Below, in pieces: positions 39,304 to 52,500 of a stretch of DNA of 64,000 bases. The position numbers and the translations under genes were made by a program. The notes below the pieces were generated by a model. That model worked only from the letters and a program-made list of their open reading frames with translations, searched no databases and was not told the origin of the DNA. The stretch's first letter is position 1, and every line of letters starts with the position of its first letter. This DNA comes from Candidatus Omnitrophota bacterium (GTDB lineage Bacteria > Omnitrophota > Gorgyraeia > Zapsychrales > Fredricksoniimonadaceae). The DNA lies in the NCBI GenBank assembly GCA_903860135.1, contig CAIOPG010000009.1, forward strand, positions 37,916-101,915, given 5' to 3'.

Positions 39304-39605
39304 ACCTGTACCCCCACGGCCTGACGCACGATCTGTGCCAGGTTTCTTCTTCCCGGCAGAGCACCGTCACGGGTCGGGATCTCCAGTATCAAGGGCACAT
39401 GAGCCGTACACTGAAACTTGTCGATATCATCGCGGATCATCGCGGCCAGCGGTTCACTCACAAGAACAACGCCGACATCGAGCATACGCGTCGCGTCATG
39501 AAAAGCTTCGCGGGCTTCATGCGCTGTGTGCGCCACAACCCCGGTCACACCCGCCAGACGCAACCCTGTGATCATATCCGGATCGCCAATACAGAAATAC
39601 TGCAT
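39300..39605 (-). CDS. atpF: V/A-type ATP synthase subunit F
   Basis: 101 aa. IGDPDMITGLRLAGV. Confidence 0.75.
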   Translation of the reverse strand: MQYFCIGDPDMITGLRLAGVTGVVAHTAHEAREAFHDATRMLDVGVVLVSEPLAAMIRDDIDKFQCTAHVPLILEIPTRDGALPGRRNLAQIVRQAVGVQV

Positions 39606-39624
39606 ACCTGTCTCCTGCCCGTGG

Positions 39625-39843
39625 TTAAACCTTACCCAGGATCATGATCGCGATGATCAGTCCATAAATCGCAATGCCTTCGGCCAGCCCGACAAAGATC
39701 AAGGCCTTACCAGTCACTTCCGGTTTCTCCCCCATAGCCCCGACAGCGGCTGACCCGACATACGCCACCGCGATCCCTGCCGATACCGACCCCAGCCCCA
39801 CCGCCAACGCCGACGACAAATATGCCCAACTGTGTGTATCCAT
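39625..39843 (-). CDS. atpK: V/A-type ATP synthase proteolipid subunit K (c), 2-TM form
   Basis: 72 aa, two hydrophobic helices. Conserved Glu in helix 2 (GLAEGIAIYGL). Confidence 0.8.
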   Translation of the reverse strand: MDTHSWAYLSSALAVGLGSVSAGIAVAYVGSAAVGAMGEKPEVTGKALIFVGLAEGIAIYGLIIAIMILGKV

Positions 39844-39857
39844 GGAACGCCTCCTTT

Positions 39858-41636
39858 TTAAATAAAACGCCCATATCCCAAAGGCCGATATACCTTTCCT
39901 CCGCCGATAAAGAATTTTGAAAAGAACTCGTAATACTCCAGCCGTACCCCCTGGATCGCGGCCATAAGCCCCTCAAACAATAAAATAAAAATATTTCCAA
40001 TGACCATGATCAGGATCATCCCTGCCCTTCCCCCCGCCGCATGCCCGGCCATATCCGCAAGGCTGAAAACGGCCAGGAACAACCCCGCATGGGCCAGTGC
40101 AAACGCCGACAAGCGGATATACGATAAGGTATTGGCTAGATAGCTTATGCCGAGCTCCAGGAGCTCAACACCGCTCTCAAGCAAAGATCCACGCGTTCCA
40201 AATAGCTTTTTTAAAATATCTCCTGACCGAAACGCATTAATGATGTTGATCACAACGCCCAGGCTTATTAACCCCGCGCCAAAAATGATCGCCACCTTAA
40301 AGAATGTCGCCACGTTTTCCATCGGCCGCAACCACAGCGCCGGGATCACGCCCTCCATGCCAAAAACAACACCATACAGAAGCCCGAATATGGTCGCTGA
40401 CACACCGGCATAGGCCGCAAGAGCTCCGGCGCGGGCAACGGCAGTCTGGCGATGATGCCCAAGCAGTACCCCGGCCAACACAAGCAATAGCCCCTGCCCG
40501 ACATCACCGGACATGGCACCAAACATCACACAAAAACTCACCGCCACAAATACGGTCGGGTCAACAGTGCCGTATTCCGGCGTGTCATAATTTGTCACGA
40601 TCATTTCAAAAGGTTTAAGCCAAGGCGGATTGTCCAGAAGGACGGGCACTTGCTCGTTATTATCAGCTACGGCTGTCATATCCCGGGGGTGCTCGATATG
40701 CACACAACAACAGCCCTTGAGCATATCCTTGAAGGCGGTAGCCGTCGCCGCACAGATTTGCTCCGGCAGCCATCCGCAGACCAGGCAGGTTCGTGCCGTA
40801 CGCTGAAAATAGCCTTGCGCTTCCGCCATCAATCTGGCCACGATGATCTGCTGATAAAGCCTGCGAATCACTGGTAAAAGTCGTGTGGCATGGCGTGCTT
40901 GAGCCACATCCAGGCGTTCGATTTCTTTGTTGGTCTTGAGGATATTCAAACGCATATCTTCGCACAGATATTCAGGGTCGCCCTTGGGGATACTATCGGG
41001 TGCGATCGGAATCAGTTTTGCCTGAGCCAGTGCTGTCTGGACAGCCGCGTCATCTTGTTTCAAAGCCAGAACGAGGACTAACGCAGTGCCATCCTCGGCG
41101 ATGAAAGGGCAGCTCGCGTGCAGGATCGTAGCCAGGCTTTGTTCCACAATGATGCGCTGACCTTCATCCGCCTTGGTCAGCACGGATGTCAGAAAAGTAT
41201 GCCTGCCACAGGCGGCGCGGCCAACAGCTCCCGTACCAAACCTGTTCATGTGTTGCTGTAATAATTCTTTTTCTTTTAATTGCCCCAGCAGAGAGTCTTT
41301 TTTTTTGAAATACAATGCCCGTCGTGCTTCGATGACCGTTAGCTTACGCCCGAGTACCTCAACATCTATGCTGGAGACATCAGGAATATTGTTTTTCAGC
41401 ACCGCACACGGTTTTTTTCCTGCCGGTAGTAAGGCCGCAAGCCTTCGCTTAATTTCCTGATAGCGACCGACCAGCTCCTCGGTCTGCGTTGATCCAAGGC
41501 ACTTACCCCAGGGTTCCATGTCACCTATGCGCACCAGATGCAAACTGTCGCGCATGAGGAAGAAATCGGTAACCCGGTCCATATCCTGAACTAGGATGAC
41601 GGCACAAAAGAATCGCATGGGGGCTGAGGTCAGCAT
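39858..41636 (-). CDS. atpI: V/A-type ATP synthase subunit I (a)
   Basis: 592 aa. Soluble N-terminal half plus a C-terminal polytopic membrane half. Confidence 0.8.
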   Translation of the reverse strand: MLTSAPMRFFCAVILVQDMDRVTDFFLMRDSLHLVRIGDMEPWGKCLGSTQTEELVGRYQEIKRRLAALLPAGKKPCAVLKNNIPDVSSIDVEVLGRKLTVIEARRALYFKKKDSLLGQLKEKELLQQHMNRFGTGAVGRAACGRHTFLTSVLTKADEGQRIIVEQSLATILHASCPFIAEDGTALVLVLALKQDDAAVQTALAQAKLIPIAPDSIPKGDPEYLCEDMRLNILKTNKEIERLDVAQARHATRLLPVIRRLYQQIIVARLMAEAQGYFQRTARTCLVCGWLPEQICAATATAFKDMLKGCCCVHIEHPRDMTAVADNNEQVPVLLDNPPWLKPFEMIVTNYDTPEYGTVDPTVFVAVSFCVMFGAMSGDVGQGLLLVLAGVLLGHHRQTAVARAGALAAYAGVSATIFGLLYGVVFGMEGVIPALWLRPMENVATFFKVAIIFGAGLISLGVVINIINAFRSGDILKKLFGTRGSLLESGVELLELGISYLANTLSYIRLSAFALAHAGLFLAVFSLADMAGHAAGGRAGMILIMVIGNIFILLFEGLMAAIQGVRLEYYEFFSKFFIGGGKVYRPLGYGRFI

Positions 41637-42688
41637 ACCCAGGCTCCTTTGATCTGGCCCGACGACAACCCATGGTCTTTACCATAAAAGATCGACGCCA
41701 GTTTGCGTGTCTCGGCACGCTTGAGGATCAGATACGCCAGGATTGTCCCGATCGTAAAAGGAAAGCCGCGCATCACCCGCAGGGCTTCGCTGAAGAGAGC
41801 CTGGTATAGGACGCTTTCGAGTAAAGACAAGCCGGCATGATCGATCGCTTTGGCAAATAACACCCCGAGCTCCTGATACGGCCTGACCGCCAGGACCTTG
41901 AGCGTATCGGCAAAACCTTCTTTGACAAAAGCCAGGCGCAACGTTCGTTCATTGAGCCTGTACCCGCGCGGCAACAAGGTCATGGTCAAATCCCCCGACG
42001 GGAAGTCATAATACCGGCGCAGCCTCAACAGGGCGCCGATATTTTCCATATCAACTTCGATCCCGATGAGGCGGGTCGCTGCCATGCGGTCAGCATAAGG
42101 TAACTGGTCGATCTCAGCCCACAAACGGTTGAAATAATCACGGTCAATAGCGGCTTCCAAATAAAATAATGATCCGGTCTTGAGGTATTGCGCCGCTGCT
42201 GCCCGAAGCACATGACGGTAGGGCGTTGCTGAAAAGGCGACGGCCAGTTCATCAAGATCATGGGCAGAAAGGATATGCTCGATACTGATAGGATGGGTAA
42301 AGACTTCAGAAAAGATATGCTGACGGCCGCTGGTTTTGCCTTGAGTCGCCCAGTAACGGAGCAAAACCTTGACCTCGTTCAATTCATAGCGTTCACGCAG
42401 TAAAGTAACAACTTTGCCCGGATGCCCCTTCTCGCGCCAGGCTTTGATGATCTTGTCATGCGTGTGGACATCATCGAGGACGAACGCGCGTTCAAGTGCT
42501 TCAATATCCTTGTTCTGAATGATGTTGTCGCGGATAAAAGAGGAATAGGGTGTTGCCTGCAGGATGGTAATGACGTGCGCCACATCACGCGCCGCCAAGA
42601 GTAATCCCCATTGCCGGGGACGCAGGAATTGACCCGACATTGCCCGAATACGGGCATTGATAAACGCGTAGGTCGATAGATCGCGCAT
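41630..42688 (-). CDS. atpC: V/A-type ATP synthase subunit C (d)
   Basis: 352 aa, helical. Confidence 0.7.
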   Translation of the reverse strand: MRDLSTYAFINARIRAMSGQFLRPRQWGLLLAARDVAHVITILQATPYSSFIRDNIIQNKDIEALERAFVLDDVHTHDKIIKAWREKGHPGKVVTLLRERYELNEVKVLLRYWATQGKTSGRQHIFSEVFTHPISIEHILSAHDLDELAVAFSATPYRHVLRAAAAQYLKTGSLFYLEAAIDRDYFNRLWAEIDQLPYADRMAATRLIGIEVDMENIGALLRLRRYYDFPSGDLTMTLLPRGYRLNERTLRLAFVKEGFADTLKVLAVRPYQELGVLFAKAIDHAGLSLLESVLYQALFSEALRVMRGFPFTIGTILAYLILKRAETRKLASIFYGKDHGLSSGQIKGAWVC

Positions 42689-42738
42689 GGATCACCTGCC
42701 AGTTTGACCTGGTCACTGCCATGGACGTTGTAAACCGT

Positions 42739-43050
42739 TCAACGCCCCAGTATCTTCCCAAAGAACTTTTCAGACACACCGTCGAGAGAATCTGTCGTCG
42801 CCGCCACCATCGCTCCGGCTTCACCCATGGCATCCTCGACAGCAGAATACTTGCTGTTTAAGGCATCTGCTTGCGCGTGCAGGATCATCATTTCACATTC
42901 TTTGATCCAGGCTTTCTGCTGAGCTTCTTTCAACCGCGCAGCCTCAGCGTTCGCTTCGGCAACCACAAGCAAAGCCGACGCTCGCGCTTCCTCGATCATC
43001 TGCGCCGCAGACGCCTCAGCCTCGAGTATCCCGGATATGATATTTTCCAT
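42739..43050 (-). CDS. V/A-type ATP synthase peripheral-stalk subunit G/H
   Basis: 103 aa, Ala/Glu-rich coiled coil. First ATPase gene. Confidence 0.5.
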   Translation of the reverse strand: MENIISGILEAEASAAQMIEEARASALLVVAEANAEAARLKEAQQKAWIKECEMMILHAQADALNSKYSAVEDAMGEAGAMVAATTDSLDGVSEKFFGKILGR

Positions 43051-43065
43051 AAGCCCTCGATAAAC

Positions 43066-43434
43066 TTAAGGATTTTCTTTATAATCAGGAATATTGAAAC
43101 GGCAAAAACGCAATAACTTGCTATATGTTTCAGTAGAAGAAGGATCATCCTTCACGAAGCGAACACCCGCCTCAAAACAGGTATCCTGACAAGCCGCCCT
43201 CGCCCAAGTTACCTTACCTACCAAATCCAGACATCCTTCAGAAGGGATGTCCATCGACATGAAAATCTTCTCACCTACTTTGAAATGCGTACGTCCAATG
43301 ATGTGACACCCATGGTGATGGATATCAAGGATCTCCGCCTGTTGGAAAGGCACAAACGCACTATCCTTATCGCGGCACTTCATCGCAAAAAGGACAGGTA
43401 TTCGTTCACAGTGTCTTTTGTCTTGGGCAGCCAT
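43066..43434 (-). CDS. PilZ-domain protein (putative c-di-GMP receptor)
   Basis: RHCER (RxxxR), then 25 aa later DIHHHG (DxSxxG variant with His). 122 aa. AAAGGGGG RBS. Confidence 0.6.
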   Translation of the reverse strand: MAAQDKRHCERIPVLFAMKCRDKDSAFVPFQQAEILDIHHHGCHIIGRTHFKVGEKIFMSMDIPSEGCLDLVGKVTWARAACQDTCFEAGVRFVKDDPSSTETYSKLLRFCRFNIPDYKENP

Positions 43435-43517
43435 AGCTATCCCCCTTTAAAATAATTATAACCCAGAGAAACAAGTCAAACAAGAGAAAATAGCCCCATA
43501 AAAAGCAATTGTTTTAT

Positions 43518-46500
43518 TCATCTCCAATACATCATAAACCACGGCATTCGATAATAAGGCATAAAAATACGGGGAAAGAAATAAAAAGTCCCTTGCGCAA
43601 TAATTTTCCCATTATTAACAACACTGCGCATGCTCCAGATGGTAACATTTCTGCCAGAAGAAATCATACCGTAAAGATACAATCTATCAAAAGAAATCAG
43701 CGTAATATCCATTTTAGCATCGAGCATCCCCTTCAACGTAATACTACCAAAATCCGATACGATCAAAATCCCGCCAGTAATGCTACGGACAAGTCCTGTC
43801 ACCGTTGTGCCGAGATCGCTGAATAGATTCACATCACCTTTAGCAATTAACTGCCCGGATATTTGAATAGCACCCGTAGTAAAATCAACTGAACCAGCGA
43901 TATGCACATCCCCAGTCAATTGCACCATATAACCTGTCGAAATATTTAAGTTCCCCTCACCCGTAATACCAGCCAACCCGCCATCATATGCTAATGGATT
44001 AACCGTAATGGTACCATTAGCGGTCAATGCTATATTTGCTCCGCTGGTCATTGACTGCAAACGACCAACGATAATATTACTATTTTGAGAAACAATCGTT
44101 ACTCCATTACCGGTTGTTTGCAGGGCAATAATGTTAATCGTGCCCGTCGCCGTAATATTAACACTCCCGCTCACATAACAAAACAAATCAATATCGCCTG
44201 TAACATTAAGAAAAAAGTTGTTGCCTGTATTCTTGTAAACAGCACCCACATTCAGTTCAAGGTTCAATCCAGGGGTTGTTTTGCTACCGATTTCTCCTTT
44301 AGCATAGAGGATCGCCTGTGAAGCCACAATATCAACAGCTGTATCATACGCCGCAATTTCGCGGACATTGCCGGTCATGGCACTGATACTCACCTGCCCA
44401 TACTTAGGCCCTGCCGCTACATAATCGATTAAAACATCTCCTGCCGTCGATGCCAGCGCCACATTATTCCCTTTGGCGTCAAGAGAAGCAATCACAGATT
44501 TGGTTGTAATCGTTCCTCCAGCCAGGATCCGGATAGCCCCATTCTTGTTGATAACATTAAACAACAATACCGCGTCTTTCTCACTAATTTCAAATATTCC
44601 AGACGCAATCGATGCGGTTAATTGCGCGATATCCGTGCACAGATAACTTCCTATACCGACTGTTAACGTCAATGTATTGGCAGTCAGTGGTGAATTGCCA
44701 TTCATATAAACTTTATTACTGGCAACCAGGATAATATCCCCTTTTACTGTACCAGTACTCACCATCCCTGATATAAGAATATTCCCTGAGGAAGAAATAT
44801 TGATCGTACCTTGGGGGGCATTGATGGATGTCAACTCTATATCGGCAGACTGACCGGCAATACTAACCTTATTAAAGGCAATCGTTCCGCCTGTCCCACA
44901 AACGGCTTGCAGTACTTTGACCGCCATCTCCAGATGACGTGCAGGATCAATGCCGGCGATAGACACACCGGCATTGATGAATGTCTTCCCGGCAACAATA
45001 TCAGCATCTGGATCTGTTGCAAGAATTTCATAGACTGATCCAGCGGCACTTAAGGTAATAACCCCCGTATCAGAACCTGCATCAATATATCCGATTTGAA
45101 TATCCTTCCCTGCAGATAATATGATCTTCCCGCCTTTGGCAACCAAATGATAAGCCGTAATAGAACCAGTGGCAGTGACATTCACAATACCGAGAACATC
45201 AGCATTCAGATACACATCGCCATCACTGATAAGATTCAGATCACGGGCAATGATTTGTAAACTCTTGACATTGAATTCTAAATTAAGCAACGGATTCGTT
45301 AAACTACCTACAAGCAATGCTTTAAAATCTGTACGCTGGGCAACAACATCCACCCCTGTCTTTAAATCAACAAGGCTGTCGGTCGGCAACTCATAAATGG
45401 CACCGATCGCTGCATACACAGATACTTTCCCATAATTTATCCCTGCCGCCAGATAATCAATCTGCACATCACCCATGCTGACAAAGATCGTAATATCATT
45501 ACCGGTTGTATCCATTTCGCTGATAACTGAGCCGACCACAACCTGTCTTGCAGCCATGATATTAATCGAGCCATTATGATTGATCACAGAATCAAGCAGG
45601 ATTGAATCAGTTTCAGAAATATTAATGCATCCGTTTGATGTCTGCGCCGTAAGGATAGTTATTCTTGTATTCAATGACATACCGGATACAGCACCTGCAT
45701 TCAAATGGGCAGTGTCAATATATGTCCCAGGTGTACTTGTCAATTGATCCGCGAAAAGGGTGATATCGCCTGCCGCCATAATGTTATTAAGGCTTAATGC
45801 GCCTGTATTCGTCACATTGATCGGTCCGTCACTGGACTTAGCGGACAATATTGCCAGTCGTGTGGATATGTTACCAATACCCTTCCCGGCCAGCAATTGA
45901 GCCTCAAAGGCTTGAAGGTTCACACCGGCAGTGAGCCCGGAAATCCATGACCCGGCGGTCAGTTTGACCAATCCGCTTCCAGCATCAAGTTGAACGATCA
46001 AAATATCCTTCGGCGTTAACAGGGAAACTGATTTATCTATGGTTTGTAAACGAGTGACCGTAATAACATCGCTGGCATTAACGATCAGGGCACATTCAAG
46101 AGGGGTAGTAAAGTTAATGTCAAAACCACCGGGAACATCAATCTCAAGCGTATCAGCAACGTCTAACTCCATGTCAAGTGTGAGCGTACCGCCAGACCTG
46201 AGAATGAGCTTGTTGGCCTCTATATCGACAGTGCTATCGCCCGGAAGGTTCTCTTGGATATCACCTTTGGCATCGAGTGTTATGGTTCCGGTTGAATGAA
46301 GATAATCAATAAACAGGTTGCCCTGTGTTCTTACCGTAACACCACCTTCATGGCTCATCAACCGTTGCAACAATAATGAATCGTTGCCAGAATTATAAAC
46401 ATTGATACCCTTCTGCGCTGTCACATCGAGCGCGGCAAGGTTCAATGTTGTATCCGTTGCGCCATTCACCGCTCCGCCGGCTGTTAGGAATAACACACCA

Positions 46501-49500
46501 TGGTTAGACAGTGTAATGTCCCCCAGCGATATGTCATCGGTTTCATGGATCGTCACATTGCCTTCGCCGGTCAACATCAAAAGTCCGACGGCTGTATTCA
46601 GTTCAACCATGCCGTTAGCCTGGCATTGTTGGGCATCAACGATATCTAATGATGCAGCCGCAATGAAGATATCGCCATTCATGGCCTGAATCTTTGCCTG
46701 TATGCCGACCTGATTACCGGCGATGATACGGATCGTTCCCTGCAATGCGTCGAGCGCATACTCCGGAGGCGTCACAATAACTGATTTATTGATAACGACA
46801 TAGTTCAGGACCGTTTCATCCTGGGTAACTGCGGTAGTCTTCCAGGCCGTTTTTTCAACCGTCGTGATCTTTTGGTGAATTTCTGTCACCGGCTGGATCA
46901 CCGGAGCATCCTGATAAATAAGATTCACTTGGCTTACCACCTGATAATTCAAATGCCGGCGAGGGTCAAGGATGGTATGGTTGTTGTATATTGTATCAAG
47001 CATGTAGTGGTATCTGGATTCAAAATCGTCGACAAGGATATAGGGAGGCGTTGGCGGTGCATAGTTTCTGGTATTTAAGTCTGCCATGACATTGGTAACA
47101 GGATAAGTGGCCGAAACATCGCCATAAAGGGTATTTATCCATTGCAAGTTTTGTACCCACTGATTATTAAGCCAACCGGTTGCTGAATTCCCGTCAATAT
47201 TAGCAATATCCTGAATATGGCCTTGATACTGCCAATGACTGCCTGTGACAACCTGATCCCATACGACCGATTGTTGAGCATTTTCCCAACGCACAAGGTC
47301 GTAGGTACTGTAACGTGGTTGTGCTGATCCATAATGCGCATAAATCGGAGAATACCGTTGAATCCACCACCTTTGCTGGAACCAGGATGATTCTCTGGCA
47401 TAAACATAATAATATGAACCAGCCGAATCAACCCACGCCTGTCCTACACTATAGTGGTTATCCAAAATAAAATACCAACCTGTCGCCTGCACACCCCAAT
47501 TATCACGGTAACTGCCCAATGAGTCTCCAAAATCACCGACGTACACATCAAGAATATCTGTTTTTTGCTGCGCATTCACGGGGATCGTATCTGTCATGCG
47601 GCTGTCAAACGAATAGGTAAAACGGGAAGATGTGGTATTATTCGCTGAATTAATTAAAGATAATTCACGAACCCCTCCCCAAAACGCAATATCATCCAAA
47701 GCGGAAACTTTACGCAACTCACCGGATATCATTTGATAATAGTACGGCGCTTCAATATAAAATGTTATCTGTTGGCGGATGGCGAACATGATATCGCCGT
47801 TTTCCTGCTGAAAAACAAGATCATTGATTTGATCCTGGTTAAAATCATACGCGACTGTTAGCAGTTTAACCTTGTTCCCGTGACTTATAACCTTACGTTC
47901 ATCAACCTTCCCCGCCCCATCGCCATACCAGACCTCCACATCCCCGTTAGCAAGGCTGACAATAATATCTTTGAAACTGTCGCGATCAAAATCCTGTGCC
48001 GTCAATGCACCGCCAAGCCAGTTACTGTCTGTTCTTATATCACTCCAGAACTCTTGCCAATTGACAGCCCCAAAGGCATCCTTTTGGCCAAGCCATACGA
48101 TAACGCTCTCGTCGGTATGCATTTGACTATCATTAGGGCTATACCAACGGGTTGAGGACTGCGTCACGATGTCCATGATCCCGTCATTATTCATGTCAAT
48201 CACCACAAAGGAAGAAACTTGATAACACAGTTGAAGGCGATCACTCCATTGACCATTCCCTTGATTAAAATATATAGCCAGATATGTTGGCCCTATCTGC
48301 AACAAAGGTGCGATGAAATCCAACAACCCATCACCGTTAAGATCCGTCAACGTTATTTTGTTCCCACCATAATATGAACACGGAAAGTCAGGGCCGCTAC
48401 GGGCAGTAAACCCGCCTTTACCATTACCTTCATAAATTACAGGATTTAAGATAATTTCATTCCCATCAGCGTCAAGACCCGGTAACGGGCAATAAGCCAC
48501 GTCCAGGTTCCCGTCATGATTAACATCGGCAACCTGAACATCCTGACCTGGCCGCGCGTCCAGAATAATGGGGTCAATAAATATACCGTTACCGGTATTG
48601 AACAATAATTGCATACCTTGATTCTTGGTGACAAGTGCCAGATCCATCTTCCCGTCATTATTAAGATCTCCTGCCTGCACGGCAACCGGCGGGCTGTCAA
48701 TCACGTATCCTATCACCCCATTCCATGCGCCAGTTACTGCATTGTACTTGAGGATTTCAAGAGTGGAAACATAGGCACCTTCTCTGGCGATTATCAATTC
48801 AGCGACGCCATCACCATCCATATCCGCCATACAAAATACCTTAAAAGATAACCCTTGAGCATCAATAACGGCTGTCTGGCTAAAATCAACGGCATTGCTT
48901 CTGGTGGACAGTGCGGCCTGAAAGGATGCCGTGCTGTAATTGGCGGACTTGGTCCAGACCGGGTCTTCCGCATAAGAATAGGAATTCTGCCCACTGGCAT
49001 CATTGATGATAATATTCCGTTGCCCGGAATTCTTTACATACTCCAGCATATACCACTGCACCCATTCGGGTCCGGGCTGTTGAACGCCTTGCTGGAACAA
49101 GCCGCTATTGTAATAATCATATGCCGGTCCGTCGGTCACCGCTGTGCGGCTATCAGCGAACCAACCAATCGTCAGCTCTTGTCCAACGGACAATGTGGAC
49201 GGGACCCAATCATTCTTCCATGTGAACCCATCACGTATAATGGCCGTATTAACGGTGCCGTCCGCCTTCAGAATGACAGCGTTCCGATCCAAACCATCTT
49301 TCCAGCCCGGCCACCACCAGCCGATCTGATGCAATTGTACCTTAGCGGTCAGCCAGGTGTTACCGACATCGACATATTCCAATGGATCTGCCGGCAGGGC
49401 AATGGCTTTCTGAATGTCCTGTTTGGCACCTTTGAGTATCTTTAACCAAAAGTCAGGCCGCTTATCCACAGGAAGGCTCGTATAAGCCGTCCCTAGAAAA

Positions 49501-52500
49501 TCCTTGCAATGAATATATTCATAATCATTTAGGCCATTCCATTCTGGCACATATTCCATGATATGCAGGTTAATATTGTTCCGTTTGACTGACAGATAAT
49601 CACTGCGGAGAATATATACATAGCCTTGTTCCGCATAGGGCGATACCATCGATGGCGCAATGGTTCCGTTGGCAATCAAGCTGCGCAGCGCGTCGGAATC
49701 GCTAACCAATACCAGATCTTTGCCGTTAAGCGTCGTATGGACTTCTCCACTGCCTGACGCATAGGTGACAAGGTAAAGCTGACGCAAAGCGGTAGTATCG
49801 GGGTTATAGGCAACAGCAAACGTGCCATCCGGCGATGCGTTCACCGTGATCGTGGAAGAATCTCCGGCGCCGGTCTGATATTCTTTCCCGGTTTTAACAT
49901 CATACCAACCAATCTGATCCACATTGACATTGAGCGTGTAATACCAGTTCCCCTTTAGTACGGGCGTCCAATCAGTTTCTTTCATGTATGTCGTTAGAAA
50001 ATATTCAATAACCTGCTCCTGAATAGTCCCCGACGGCTCACGGATAATGCCTACCTGATATGAAACTTTCGTTTCTTCGGGTCTGACATAGCTGATTTCA
50101 CGCAACATACTCCCACCGGTAGCATTAGCAGAAACGATGGTTACATTATGAGCAGCCTTCAGGGTAATGGCGTCAACACGCGCACTTGCTGAAATAACCT
50201 TGATTTGACCGGCATCTGATATGGTGATGTTACCCAACACCGATCCAGCCGAATCTTTCTTCCCTGTAAAGAATCCATTAACGTCGCGCTCACCGGCAAT
50301 ACACGAGACCGCTTGTCCAGCCTTAACAACCCCGGTGATCTGCAGATACTGCAAGGCCAAGGCATCAATGCTGCCTGTCGCCACAAGGGTACCGCCAACA
50401 GATAAATTCCTGGCTTCAATCCAAATGCTGTTTCCTGCGCTAATGATCGCGGGCAAGGCGTCGGTGTCAATGGCCGCGCTTAATGAAATGTCGCCGTTAA
50501 ATCCATGGATATCAACGCGCGAAACCCAAGGATCAAGTGCTGTAATAGAGGCACCCTGCGTTACTATTAATCCGCCGATACCTTCCATCAGGATACGTTG
50601 ATGCGCCATCACCCTGGCATCAAAACTTTTCCCCTGATTATCGACAGATCCAACCACATAAACCAAGCTGTTGGTGGTAATGGTCACGGCACCGGCACCG
50701 TTGATCTCCTGCTGTCCCCCGGAGTGAGCACCCACCCAACCTTCGACGGCAATAATACCGGTACTTTCAAGATCTATGTTCCCGTTGACAGAAAGCGTAT
50801 CCACCATTGCCCCGCGTTTAATCTGCAAGTCTGGTATAACGCCACTTGCGCCCATGACGTTTGTCTTCAACCCACTGCCCAGCGTAACCCTTTGCCCCGC
50901 CAAAATCAGTCCCCCCACCTGAAGACCACCGGCGGATTGCACTTGAATAACAGCATTTGAACCCAATGCAGTCATAGATCCTGATAATAATGTATCACCG
51001 GCGGTGGTCTTGATGTCAATGGCATTGAGTATGTTCCCGCTCCAATTTGCCGTCAGAAGACTTCCTGCATCCAGATAAAAAGATCCGGCCACAATGGCAA
51101 TGTTGTCCATGGCCGTTATAGAACCGGGCACGGTCGCGGATACTCCGTTAACGTAACCTTTCCCGCCGATCAACACCGAAGCATGTGCTGTAATCTCAAC
51201 CTTAGCGCAATTCAGTTGCCCAGCCAGCTGAATATTCATCCCTGAATCGAGGATAAGCGTAATGGGTGTATTGCCTGCACTGGCCTGAAGTATGGTCGCT
51301 GGACTCAGGTATAATAGCGCGGTATTCAGGGCATCGGTTGCTTGGGCTGCCCGAAGAATGATTTGATGAGACGCTTCGAATATGGCACCGAACTGAACCA
51401 TTAAATCCGATTGATCGTTATAAATCACATTGGCCACACGCCCTGTGGTAAAGTTCCATCCGGCACTCATCATGATATTACCGTGTGCCGTCGTCACTTT
51501 CCCTGTCACTAAAATATCTTGCCCTGCGGTTAATGTGATATTGCCATCCGTCGCGATAAAACCAGTTAATGACGCATTCAGATCAGCCTTCAGCTCTATG
51601 CCTTCAGACAGGATGGTTGCACCGATCACACCTTCCAGGTTTAAGGCACGGCCTGATAATACGACATTGCCAGCCACATCAATGCGGCCATAATCCTTGC
51701 CAAGCCATATAACACCGTTAGTGGTATGCACCGTTAATGTAGATCCGGAATATGACATATTAATGGGATTATCTATAATTATGTCCCCGTTGCCCATGAT
51801 CGTAATATTCCCTGTGGCAACAGAAAGCACGGCCGTCTTGGTGATACCAACACTTTGGGTTTGACCAACGGATAAATGACCAGATACCATCATAATGGCG
51901 TTATTGGCTGTTATGCTTCCACTGATTGTTAGCACACTGCCTCCGTTTATACCTACCGATGAACCATCGCCAGAGGCCGACAACAACCCTTTCATCATGA
52001 AATTACTGCCTGCATCGAGGATAAAATCAATGGAACCATTGCGTGTCCGAATTACCGCCGGGACATCAACAGTTATTTCACGACCAGCTCCCCCACCTGT
52101 GAAAACAAGTCCTGCGAATGAATCAATGCTTCCCCCGATGTAAAAAGCAGCATCCCCTGAAAGTAATACCCTCCCGCCCAAAGCCGCGGCGCTGATCATG
52201 GCTACAGGTTCAATGGCGTCAACCGTTCCTGTTGACAGACCTAATAATATAGCGTTCATGCCACCGGTAATACGGAAACGCTGGCCTTCGCTGGTGAAAA
52301 CAATCTTCCCGTCATGCAATATGACTTGAATGGAAACTGGCGTTGGGCTGTCAGACCCAAGACCTGCGGTTTTTAAGGCGGCATTGATCGCATACTGAAC
52401 ATCGGCTATAAGGCCTGCCACACTGCGGTTATCCTCCGTGATCGTTTTAGAAATATTGACCAGGACCTGCCGGAAAACATTTTTTTCTGTTTCAACGGAC

